The position numbers were made by a program, and so were the translations under genes. Below the pieces are notes generated by a model, which saw only the letters and a program-made list of their open reading frames with translations, made no database searches and was not told where the DNA came from. 56,196 bases of DNA from an uncultured Acidimicrobiaceae bacterium (lineage in GTDB: Bacteria > Actinomycetota > Acidimicrobiia > Acidimicrobiales > VFJN01). Below, one piece after another: positions 42,111 to 49,751 of the stretch. Position 1 is the stretch's first letter; every line of letters starts with the position of its first letter. The DNA is taken from NCBI GenBank assembly GCA_964448525.1, contig CAYUXB010000001.1, forward strand, positions 1-56,196, written 5' to 3'.

Positions 42111-45100
42111 TCAGTTCCGGCCGTGGGTGAGCGAGGCGGCCATCAGGTCGAACGAGCAGCGGGCCACGACGATCTGATGCGGAGCGCCGGACGCATCGAC
42201 GGCGGCGATCTCCTCCAACAACGCGGTGGTCCCGTCGTCCACCTCGATGAGGCCCATGCCGCTCTCCTCGAACAGGCGGGCGAGCGATTCGTCGACCATG
42301 CCGGACCCGGGCGCCCACGGCCCCCAGTCGAGGGCCACGACCCGACGAGCCAGGTCGTGGTTGGACGCCGCCATCGCATCGAGCGCGTCGTTGGCGGCGG
42401 CGTAGTCGACCTGACCGCGGTTGCCGCACGCGCCGGCGATGCTGCCGAAGAACACGACGAACGCCGGCGGTGGCGCGCCCCCGGCCGTCGCCTCGGCCAC
42501 GGCGGCGAGCAGGGTGCGGGCCGCGTCGACCTTGGTCGCGTACACCCGCTCGAACGCGTCGGGGTCCTTGTCGACGATCGTGTGGTCGTCGAGCACGCCG
42601 GCGCCGTGCACGATCCCGTCGAGACGGCCGTGCCGTTCGTAGATGGAGCGGACGACGGCCGACAGGGCTGCGGCATCGCGGACGTCCACCGGGTGGTAGC
42701 GCAGCGTCGCACCCGCCGCCTCGACGGCGGCAACCGTCGCTCGCACCTCCCGGGCGGCGAGCAACCGGTTGCACTCGTCCTCGATGGCCCGCGGCTCGCG
42801 CCGCCCGGCCGCGATGAGGGCCTGCCGCAACGCCGCCCGGTCGGTGGCGCCGGCGAACGCGGGATCCTCGTCGCCCTCCGGCAGCGGGGTACGGCCGACC
42901 AGTTCGAGGCAGCCTCCCCCGGACCGGGCGAGCGCGACAGCCACCTCGGCGGTGATCCCCCGCCCGCCGCCCGTCAGCAGCACCACCGACTCGGCGGTCA
43001 GCGCCGTCGACGGCGCCCCCGGGGAGGCGTCCGCGGGCGCGCGCACCCCGGCCCTCGGGGTGCGCCGGACACCGTCGCACCAGGCCACCTCTACCGGTGC
43101 GTCGGGCTGGGCGACCTCGTCGGCCACCACGGCCGCGAGGTCCGCGACAGGTGCGGTGGCATCCACGTCGACGATGCGGATGCGCCGCTCGGGGAACTCG
43201 AGAGCGGCGGTCTTCACGAGGCCGCGCGCCCCTGCCGCCACGGGCAGCACGTCGCCGGTCGGCCGGGGCGCCGGCGGGTCGATGCCGAGCCCGCCACCCA
43301 ACGGTGTCACCACCAGCACGTCGGCAGCGGTGTCGAGCAGGACGGGGCGAAGGCGGCGGTACAGCTCGGGAGCGTCCACCGCATCGGGACCCAGGAGGTC
43401 GGCCAGGACCACGAGGGACGGTGGGGCGGCGGCTCCCGACCCCGCCGCCGCGGCGCTGATGCCGCGGGACCTGAGCTGGTCGACGAGGGCGGCAGCCACC
43501 GGCCCCTCGCCGCCGACCTGCACGACCAACCCGTCGGTGGGTCCCGACGGGGCGAGCGGCGCCTCCGCGAGCGTGACGACGAACCGACCGGCGACGGCCG
43601 GGATGTCGCCGGCTCCCCCGGTCGCTCCACCGACCGCCCCGGGGCCCGCTGGGTCGGCGGCGGTCGACGCCGAGGACCCGTTGGTGCCTGTCGGGTCGGT
43701 GGCATCGGGCCCAGCGTCCGGAGCGTTCCCGTCGAGGCGGTCGGCGTGCTCGTAGAGGAAGTCGACCACCCCGCGCAGGGTCTTGCGGGCCGCGAGCTCC
43801 TCGACGAGATCCTCGAGCTGATCGAGCGAGCCTCCGTCGGTGAGACCGATGGCGTCGGCCAGCTCGCCCAGGATCTCCAGGCGCTTGATCGAGTCGATCG
43901 ACAGGTCGGCCTCGACGTCGAGATCCGGACCCAGCATGTCCTCCGGATAGCCGGTCCGAGCGGAGACGATCGCCGTCAGCTGCGCGAGCAGCGCCTCGCG
44001 GTCACCCAGCCGTTCGAGGGTCGATGCGTCACCGCTCCCCGTCCCGCCCGCGGCGCCGCCGGTCGGAGGGACGGTGGGAGCCTCGACGGTGTCGAGGCGG
44101 TCGGCGTGCTCGTGCAGGAACTCGACGATGCCCCGCAGGGTCTTGCGGGCCGCGAGCTCCTCGACGAGGTCCTCGAGCTGATCGAGCGAGCCTCCGTCGG
44201 TGAGACCGATGGCGTCGGCCAGCTCGCCCAGGATCTCCAGGCGCTTGATCGAGTCGATCGACAGGTCGGCCTCGACGTCGAGATCCGGACCCAGCATGTC
44301 CTCCGGATAGCCGGTCCGCGCGGAGACGATCGCCGTCAGCTGCGCGAGCAACGTCGCCGCGTCGGGCAACGACCGTGCCGCCGGGGCGTCGATGCTCGTC
44401 GCCGCGGAGCCGTTGCCGGCCGTGCCGTTTCCCTTGGTGCGGGTGCCGTCGGTGCCGCCGTGTGCCGCGCCGTTCCCGCCGTCGGTCCCCGCCGGCGTCA
44501 GCCCCGCGGCCCCGGGGGCGAGGGCCGGCGCCGCGGCGGACAGGTCGAGCGGTGCCAGGGTGCCGCCCGAACGGGTCGGTGCGTAGCCGAGGTAGTTCAG
44601 GACCAGCTCGTGCCCGGCGCCGATGATCTCGTGTGCCGTGCGGAAGTACTCGACCAGCACCTGGTCTGCCCCGGCACCGGCGGCGAGCGCGGCCACCCCG
44701 GCGGCGGCACCGGCGGTGGCACCGGTGGAGCCGCCGCCCGACGTCGGCGCGAAGCCCGCTCCCCCGAACGCCGCGGCGGGCACCGGGCGGGCACGTCCAC
44801 CGCTGACCGATGTCTGGTCGCCGATCGTCAGGGCGGGAACGGTGTCTGCAGGGCGCAGACCCCCGGGCACGACCTCGCCGCTGTCGGTGCGCACGAGATG
44901 CCCGTTCACCGTCCAGCGGGCTGCGTGTGCGGGGCTCGTCCACCGTCGAGCGTCGACCGAGCGCCCCTCGAACAGCTCGGCGACCTCGACCGTCACCCCG
45001 GCGACCGCGAGTTGCGCCAGCGCCAGCAGCATCGAACGGACCCCATGGTCGCCCGGGCGGTCGGTGGCGATCGCCACGTGCGGCCGGTCCTCCAGGATGC

Positions 45101-48100
45101 GCTCGACGCAGCCGGTGAGCGTGCGGCCGGGCCCGACCTCGACGAACACCCGGGCACCGGCATCGTGCATCGCCCGCACCTGGTCGGTGAACCGCACCCC
45201 GTTGGCCACCTGGGCCGCCAGCAGGTCGCGGACCTTGCGGGCGTCGGCCGGATAGGCGTCGGCGGTGAGGTTGCTGAACACCGGAATCGTCGGCTCGGTC
45301 ACCTCGGTGTCGTCGAGCCGCCTGGCGAGCGTGGAGGCCGCGGCCGCGACGACCGGGCTGTGGAACGCGCAGGCCACGGGCAGGCGCTTGGCGGTGATGC
45401 CGGCGTCCTTGAGCCGGCCCTGCGCCTCCTCGATCGCCGGGGTGGTGCCGGCCACCACGAGCTGCTTCGGGTGGTTGTCGTTGGCGACGACGACGTCGAC
45501 ACCTGCAAGCACCTCGTCGAGCTGCTCGCGGGTGGCGGACACGGCGACCATGCCGCCGGCGTCGCCGTCGGGCACCGCGTCGACCATCGCCTGCCCACGC
45601 GCCTCGCTCAGCGCGAGCAGCGCCGGCGTGTCGAGCGCCCCCGCCACGCACAGCGCCACCAACTCGCCGTAGCTGTGCCCGGCGACCATCGCCGGGCGGA
45701 CGCCGAACCGGTCGAGGATGGTCGCGGCAGCCAGATCGGCCAGGCCGAGGGCGGGTTGCGCGACACGCGTGTCGGTGATCGCCGCCCTCTGGGCGTCCCG
45801 CGTTGCATCGTCGAAGGCGGCCGGGGGCAACATCGTGTCGACCCAGCGTTCGCCCATGCGCAGCAGCGGTCGCGTCTCGGCGAACCCGACGAACAGGTCG
45901 GCAGCCATCCCCGGACGCTGGCTGCCCTGCCCGGGGAACAGGAAGGCCACGGTGGGAGCCGTGTCGTCGCCGAGGCGGTGGTCGGCGACGAAGACGCCGG
46001 GGGCCGCTTGGCGCTGCCGCGCCCGGGCGACCTTGCCGCGCAGGTCGTCGACATCGTCGGCGACGAGGGCGACGCGCACCGGCCCACGGCCGGAGCCCGA
46101 CACCGCGGCAGCGATGTCGCGCAGCCGCCAGCGGTGTCCCGGCGGGGTGGGCTCGGCCAGGCGGGCCGCGAGGTCGTCGAGCGCCCGGTCGACCGCGTCG
46201 TCGGCGCCGCGGAACACGAACAGCTCGGCCGGCCACGCGTCGACGGTGCGCTCGGGCACGTCGTCGTCGGGGTGCGACTCGATCACGGCGTGGAAGTTGG
46301 TGCCTCCGAAGCCGAAGGCGCTCACGCCCGCCACCCGTCGCTCGCTCGGCCACGGGCGGGCCTCGTCGAGGAACACGAACGGGCTCGCATCCGGGTCCCA
46401 CGCCTGGTTGGGGCGCGAGACGTGCAGGGTCGGCGGGCGTACGCCGTGGTGCACCGCCTTGGCCGCCTTGATGAGCCCGGCCAGGCCGGCGGCGCACTTG
46501 GTGTGGCCGATGTTCGACTTCACCGAGCCCACGGTGCACGCGGCCGGCCCCATGCCTGCTTGGGTGAACACCTCGGTCAGGGTCGACAGCTCGGTGCGGT
46601 CGCCCACCACCGTGCCGGTGCCGTGCGCCTCGAGCAGCTCGACCGCGTCGGGCCGCACGCGCGCCTGGGCGTACGCGCGCCGCACGGCGCGCTCCTGGCC
46701 CTCCTGGCGCGGGGCCGTGAGGCCGAGGCTGCGGCCGTCCGAGGAGGCGCCCACCGAGCGGACGACCGCGTAGATGCGGTCGCCGTCGCGCTCGGCGTCG
46801 GCGAGGCGCTTGAGCACGACGCAGGCGACGCCCTCGCCGAGGGCGATGCCGTCGGCGTCGGCGTCGAAGGTGCGGCACTGCCCGGTGGTCGACAGGGCAT
46901 GCACGCTGGTGAAGAGGAGAAAGTCCTGGATGCCGTTGTGCAGGTCGGCGCCGCCGCACAGCACGGTGTCGCTGCCGCCCGCGGCGAGCTCGGCGCACGC
47001 GGCGTCGAGCGCGGCCAGCGACGAGGCGCAGGCGGCGTCGACCGTCAGGTTCTTGCCCCCGAGGTCCAGGCGGTTGGCGATGCGTCCGGCGATCACGTTG
47101 GTGAGCAAGCCGGGAAACGAGTCCTCCGAGATGCGGGGCAGCCACTCGCCGAGCTCGGTCGGCATCTCCCCGAGGTAGGACGGGAACAGGGCGCGGAAGC
47201 CGTGTGCTCCCGACTGGTCGGTGCCGCCCTCGGCGCCGAAGATCACCGAGGTGCGCTCGCGGTCGAACGGGCGGTCCTCGTAGCCGGCGTCGGCCAGGGC
47301 GTCGGCCGCCACCTTGAGGCTGAGGAGCTGGGTGGGCTCGATGGCCGCCAGCGAGGCCGGGGGGATGCCGTGGGCCAGCGCGTCGAACGGGATGTCGGGC
47401 AGGAAGCCGCCCCACTTGGAGGCGCTGCCCGTGCGCTTGTGCGCCGTGCTGTGCTCCCACTCGGGGTCGAAGTAGGTGTCGACGTCCCAGCGGTCGGCGG
47501 GGACCTCGGTGATCGAGTTGACCCCCTCGACGATGTTGCGCCAGAAGGTCTCCAGGTCGGCCGCCCCCGGCATGACGCACGCCATGCCGACGATGGCGAC
47601 GTCGACGGGTGGCGGCTCGGCGGCGACGCGGGGCCCCGCCAGTTCGGCGAGCTCGGCGCCGAGTGCGGTGGCGGCCGCGGCCAGGTGGTCGACCGCGCCC
47701 GTCGTGACCGACTCGTGCAGCGCCGCCACCGTCGTGCGCTCGTGGCGCAGGGTGGCGACGTCGCCGATCATGAACATGCCTTCGGCACGCTGCTCGTCGC
47801 GCCCGACCGTCACCAGCTCGTCGCCGTCGCGGCGGAGGCCCTTGGACGCCACGCGGAGCCGGCCGAGGTTGAGACCCTCGAGCTCGGCCCAGCGGGCCTG
47901 GGCGTCGACCCCGTCGTCCGCGAGGCGTTGCCGAGTCTCCTCGAACAGGTCGACGAAGGGCGTCTCCGCGCAGCGGGTGACGTGCCCGGGACCGGACTCC
48001 AGCAGCGCGGTGCGCTCGCAGGCCAGCGCCTGGGCCTGGAACTCGTCGCCGATCGCGGCGGCGGCCACGGCCTCGTCGGTGAGGAGGTAGGCGGTGCCCA

Positions 48101-49622
48101 TGAGGACGCCCACCCGGGCGCCGCCATCGGCCAGCCGCCCGGCCAGCGCCGCCACCATGGCGGCCGAACGCTCGTCGTGGATGCCGCCCGCGAACAGCAG
48201 GTCGAGCTCGGACAGGTCGCCGCCTGCGTCGGCCCAGTCGGAGAGGACCTCGACCTGGGCCTCCCACAGGGCGAAGCTCGATCGCGGCCCGACGTGTCCG
48301 CCGCACTCGAAGCCCTCGAACACGAACCGTCGGGCGCCGTCCTTCAGGAACCGCTCCAGCAGGCCGGGGGCCGGGACGTGCAGGAACGTGCGGATGCCGA
48401 CCTCTTCGAGAGCGGTCGCCTGGGACGGACGACCGCCGGCGATCAGCGCCACCGGCGGACGCACGTCGCGTATGACGGCGAGCTGCTCGTCGCGCAGCTC
48501 CTTCGGGACGAAGCCGAGCACGCCGACGCCCCACGGGCGATCGCCGAGCAGGGCGGCGGTCTCCTCCAGCAGCGGGCGCACCTCGGTCTCGCCTCGGAGC
48601 AGGGCCAGGGCGAGGAACGGCAGGCCGCCCCCGCCGGCGACCGCGTCGGCGAACGCGGCGCGGTCCGACACCCGGGTCATCGGCCCCTGCACGACCGGGT
48701 AGGTGGTGCCCACCGACGCGGCGATGCCGTGCCCGGGGGCGAGCGGCTCGACCCGCCGCGCGGCTTCCACGTGCAGCGCGATCTCGCGGCGCAGACCGGC
48801 GACCAGGGCGCCGACGGTGCCGTAGCGGGCGGCGATGCGCGCCGCGAACGCGGCGTCCTGGCCGGCGGGCAGCGCCTGATCGGTGAGCGACGTGGCCCCG
48901 AGCCGGGCCGACACCTCGTCCGAGGTGGTGGTGTCGTCGAGGTCGGCGACCCAGAGGTCGGGACGGCTGAAGATGCGGTGCCCCCCGACGACCCGGGCCT
49001 CGCTTCCGTCCATGGCGGCGACGGCGGCGCGGACCTGGCGCGGCAGCGATGCCTCCCGCAGGAGCGCTGTCTGGGCGTCCACCACGACCCCGGTGGCGCC
49101 GCCGACGACCGCGGCCGCCGCGGTGTGGCGCCCGATGCCCCCCTGGACCCAGATCGGCCCGTCGGTCAGTGCTCGCACCTGTTGGAGCAGGACGAACGCC
49201 CCGGTCGTTCCCACGCGGCCGCCGCTCTCGGCGCCACGGGCCACGAGGCCGTCGGCGCCTGCGCCGAGGGCCTGGCGCGCCTCGTCGGCCGATCGCACCT
49301 CGGCGACGATCCGCCGATTCCCGGACCGCCACGTGGCGATCATCCCCGGTTCGGCGACCACGACGGTGTCGACGGTCGCGGGCAGGTCGGCCGGGGCGAG
49401 GGGACACCGCACCGACGCCCGCACCCCGAACCGGCCGTCGGTGCGACCGGTGACCACCGCGAGCGCCTCGCGCGCCCGTCCGGCGTCGGACCCGAGGTCG
49501 AGCACGCCGAGCGTGCCGGCCCGGGCCGCGGCGACGACCAGTTTGGGTGCCGGCTCGTCGAACGGCGTCTCGACCCAGATCAGGTCGTGCTCAGGGGTGC
49601 GCGAAGAAGCGTCGGACACCAT
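42111..49622 (-). CDS. Large iterative type I PKS (2503 aa): NMO-like domain, PfaD-type enoyl reductase, KS, AT, ACP, ACP, KR
   Basis: ATG 49622 is preceded by GGGGGA. ER motifs are YPVVQGPMTRVSD and FEGFECGGHVG. KS motifs are VDVAIVGMACVMPG, VDAACASSLAAL, EAHGTGT and SNIGHTKCAAG. AT motifs are FLFPGQGSQRPGM and AGHSYGEL. There are two copies of LGPDLDVEADLSIDSIKRLEILGEL. KR motif is VVLLTGGGRGITAEVA...YAAAN. Confidence 0.93.
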   Translation of the reverse strand: MVSDASSRTPEHDLIWVETPFDEPAPKLVVAAARAGTLGVLDLGSDAGRAREALAVVTGRTDGRFGVRASVRCPLAPADLPATVDTVVVAEPGMIATWRSGNRRIVAEVRSADEARQALGAGADGLVARGAESGGRVGTTGAFVLLQQVRALTDGPIWVQGGIGRHTAAAAVVGGATGVVVDAQTALLREASLPRQVRAAVAAMDGSEARVVGGHRIFSRPDLWVADLDDTTTSDEVSARLGATSLTDQALPAGQDAAFAARIAARYGTVGALVAGLRREIALHVEAARRVEPLAPGHGIAASVGTTYPVVQGPMTRVSDRAAFADAVAGGGGLPFLALALLRGETEVRPLLEETAALLGDRPWGVGVLGFVPKELRDEQLAVIRDVRPPVALIAGGRPSQATALEEVGIRTFLHVPAPGLLERFLKDGARRFVFEGFECGGHVGPRSSFALWEAQVEVLSDWADAGGDLSELDLLFAGGIHDERSAAMVAALAGRLADGGARVGVLMGTAYLLTDEAVAAAAIGDEFQAQALACERTALLESGPGHVTRCAETPFVDLFEETRQRLADDGVDAQARWAELEGLNLGRLRVASKGLRRDGDELVTVGRDEQRAEGMFMIGDVATLRHERTTVAALHESVTTGAVDHLAAAATALGAELAELAGPRVAAEPPPVDVAIVGMACVMPGAADLETFWRNIVEGVNSITEVPADRWDVDTYFDPEWEHSTAHKRTGSASKWGGFLPDIPFDALAHGIPPASLAAIEPTQLLSLKVAADALADAGYEDRPFDRERTSVIFGAEGGTDQSGAHGFRALFPSYLGEMPTELGEWLPRISEDSFPGLLTNVIAGRIANRLDLGGKNLTVDAACASSLAALDAACAELAAGGSDTVLCGGADLHNGIQDFLLFTSVHALSTTGQCRTFDADADGIALGEGVACVVLKRLADAERDGDRIYAVVRSVGASSDGRSLGLTAPRQEGQERAVRRAYAQARVRPDAVELLEAHGTGTVVGDRTELSTLTEVFTQAGMGPAACTVGSVKSNIGHTKCAAGLAGLIKAAKAVHHGVRPPTLHVSRPNQAWDPDASPFVFLDEARPWPSERRVAGVSAFGFGGTNFHAVIESHPDDDVPERTVDAWPAELFVFRGADDAVDRALDDLAARLAEPTPPGHRWRLRDIAAAVSGSGRGPVRVALVADDVDDLRGKVARARQRQAAPGVFVADHRLGDDTAPTVAFLFPGQGSQRPGMAADLFVGFAETRPLLRMGERWVDTMLPPAAFDDATRDAQRAAITDTRVAQPALGLADLAAATILDRFGVRPAMVAGHSYGELVALCVAGALDTPALLALSEARGQAMVDAVPDGDAGGMVAVSATREQLDEVLAGVDVVVANDNHPKQLVVAGTTPAIEEAQGRLKDAGITAKRLPVACAFHSPVVAAAASTLARRLDDTEVTEPTIPVFSNLTADAYPADARKVRDLLAAQVANGVRFTDQVRAMHDAGARVFVEVGPGRTLTGCVERILEDRPHVAIATDRPGDHGVRSMLLALAQLAVAGVTVEVAELFEGRSVDARRWTSPAHAARWTVNGHLVRTDSGEVVPGGLRPADTVPALTIGDQTSVSGGRARPVPAAAFGGAGFAPTSGGGSTGATAGAAAGVAALAAGAGADQVLVEYFRTAHEIIGAGHELVLNYLGYAPTRSGGTLAPLDLSAAAPALAPGAAGLTPAGTDGGNGAAHGGTDGTRTKGNGTAGNGSAATSIDAPAARSLPDAATLLAQLTAIVSARTGYPEDMLGPDLDVEADLSIDSIKRLEILGELADAIGLTDGGSLDQLEDLVEELAARKTLRGIVEFLHEHADRLDTVEAPTVPPTGGAAGGTGSGDASTLERLGDREALLAQLTAIVSARTGYPEDMLGPDLDVEADLSIDSIKRLEILGELADAIGLTDGGSLDQLEDLVEELAARKTLRGVVDFLYEHADRLDGNAPDAGPDATDPTGTNGSSASTAADPAGPGAVGGATGGAGDIPAVAGRFVVTLAEAPLAPSGPTDGLVVQVGGEGPVAAALVDQLRSRGISAAAAGSGAAAPPSLVVLADLLGPDAVDAPELYRRLRPVLLDTAADVLVVTPLGGGLGIDPPAPRPTGDVLPVAAGARGLVKTAALEFPERRIRIVDVDATAPVADLAAVVADEVAQPDAPVEVAWCDGVRRTPRAGVRAPADASPGAPSTALTAESVVLLTGGGRGITAEVAVALARSGGGCLELVGRTPLPEGDEDPAFAGATDRAALRQALIAAGRREPRAIEDECNRLLAAREVRATVAAVEAAGATLRYHPVDVRDAAALSAVVRSIYERHGRLDGIVHGAGVLDDHTIVDKDPDAFERVYATKVDAARTLLAAVAEATAGGAPPPAFVVFFGSIAGACGNRGQVDYAAANDALDAMAASNHDLARRVVALDWGPWAPGSGMVDESLARLFEESGMGLIEVDDGTTALLEEIAAVDASGAPHQIVVARCSFDLMAASLTHGRN
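42130..43010 (-). other. KR domain (catalytic subdomain) of the large PKS
   Basis: TGGGRGIT Rossmann motif, ...GSIAGACGNRGQVDYAAAN. The protein ends shortly afterwards, with no TE. Confidence 0.75.
43731..44350 (-). repeat. Tandem ACP-encoding direct repeat: two about 260-bp units (43731-43990 and 44091-44350) with a 360-bp period, nearly identical at DNA level
   Basis: Aligned by eye, the 216-bp core (43775-43990 versus 44135-44350) differs at only 2 positions. The phosphopantetheine-Ser codons (DS in LSIDSIK) are at 43890-43892 and 44250-44252. Confidence 0.9.
44965..45960 (-). other. AT domain of the large PKS
   Basis: GHSYG Ser codon at 45672-45674 (plus strand gct). Confidence 0.8.
46280..47606 (-). 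other. KS domain of the large PKS
   Basis: Cys codon at 47028-47030 (plus strand gca). Boundaries were set from the VDVAIVG and GGTNFHAVIES anchors. Confidence 0.85.
47730..48722 (-). other. PfaD-type (NMO-fold, FMN) enoyl reductase domain 2
   Basis: YPVVQGPMTRVSD...LPFLALA...ECGGHVG (His codon 48294-48296)...LFAGGIHDERS...GVLMGTAYL. Confidence 0.75.
49035..49583 (-). other. N-terminal NMO/FabK-like TIM-barrel domain 1 (possibly non-catalytic)
   Basis: LVVAAARAGTLGVLDLG, ARGAESGGRVG (Arg codon 49215-49217 where domain 2 has His) and IWVQGGIG...GATGVVVDAQ. Confidence 0.6.
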
Positions 49623-49709
49623 GAATCCCCCAGTTCCCACATCGTTTGTGCGATCTGCGCCCGTGGGCGCCGTGAGCATTGTGGACCATAATGCCGCCTA
49701 CCGCCAGGC

Positions 49710-49717
49710 TTGTTGAC
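49710..49717 (+). promoter_or_regulatory. TTGTTGAC motif copy 4, preceded by GCCAGGC, in the divergent region between the large PKS and the biotin/lipoyl-like gene
   Basis: Read directly. TAGTTG, 19 nt downstream, would give a near-leaderless transcript for ATG 49752. Confidence 0.5.
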
Positions 49718-49751
49718 TTCACAGTCGAGATCTGCGCTAGTTGCTGACGTC

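Noticed and set aside
44029-49407. 1792-aa minus-strand ORF in a second frame over the PKS gene
   Set aside because: It is on the same strand as the real PKS but in a different frame. The translation is almost pure R/P/G/A with no domain motifs, whereas the 42111..49622 frame contains all KS/AT/ACP/KR signatures.
34496-49622. Calling the PKS a bona fide PUFA (EPA/DHA) synthase
   Set aside because: I see no FabA-type DH/isomerase domains and no KS-CLF didomain. Only two ACPs are present, and the ER is fused in cis. The resemblance is architectural (tandem ACPs, PfaD-type ER), so I describe it only as PUFA-synthase-like.
34496-49622. Calling the system an enediyne PKSE cluster because of the DH-PPTase-like tail
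   Set aside because: PKSE is a single KS-AT-ACP-KR-DH-PPTase protein without an ER. Here the domains are split over three proteins and an ER pair is present. I also did not recognise any of the usual enediyne accessory genes in the window.
39927-49691. 3254-aa plus-strand ORF, the longest in the track
   Set aside because: It is antisense to the 2503-aa PKS and to the Zn-ribbon methyltransferase, both of which carry unmistakable catalytic motifs. Its own translation is Arg/Gly/Pro/Ala-rich with no recognisable motif. Stop-free antisense frames are expected in DNA of about 70% GC.
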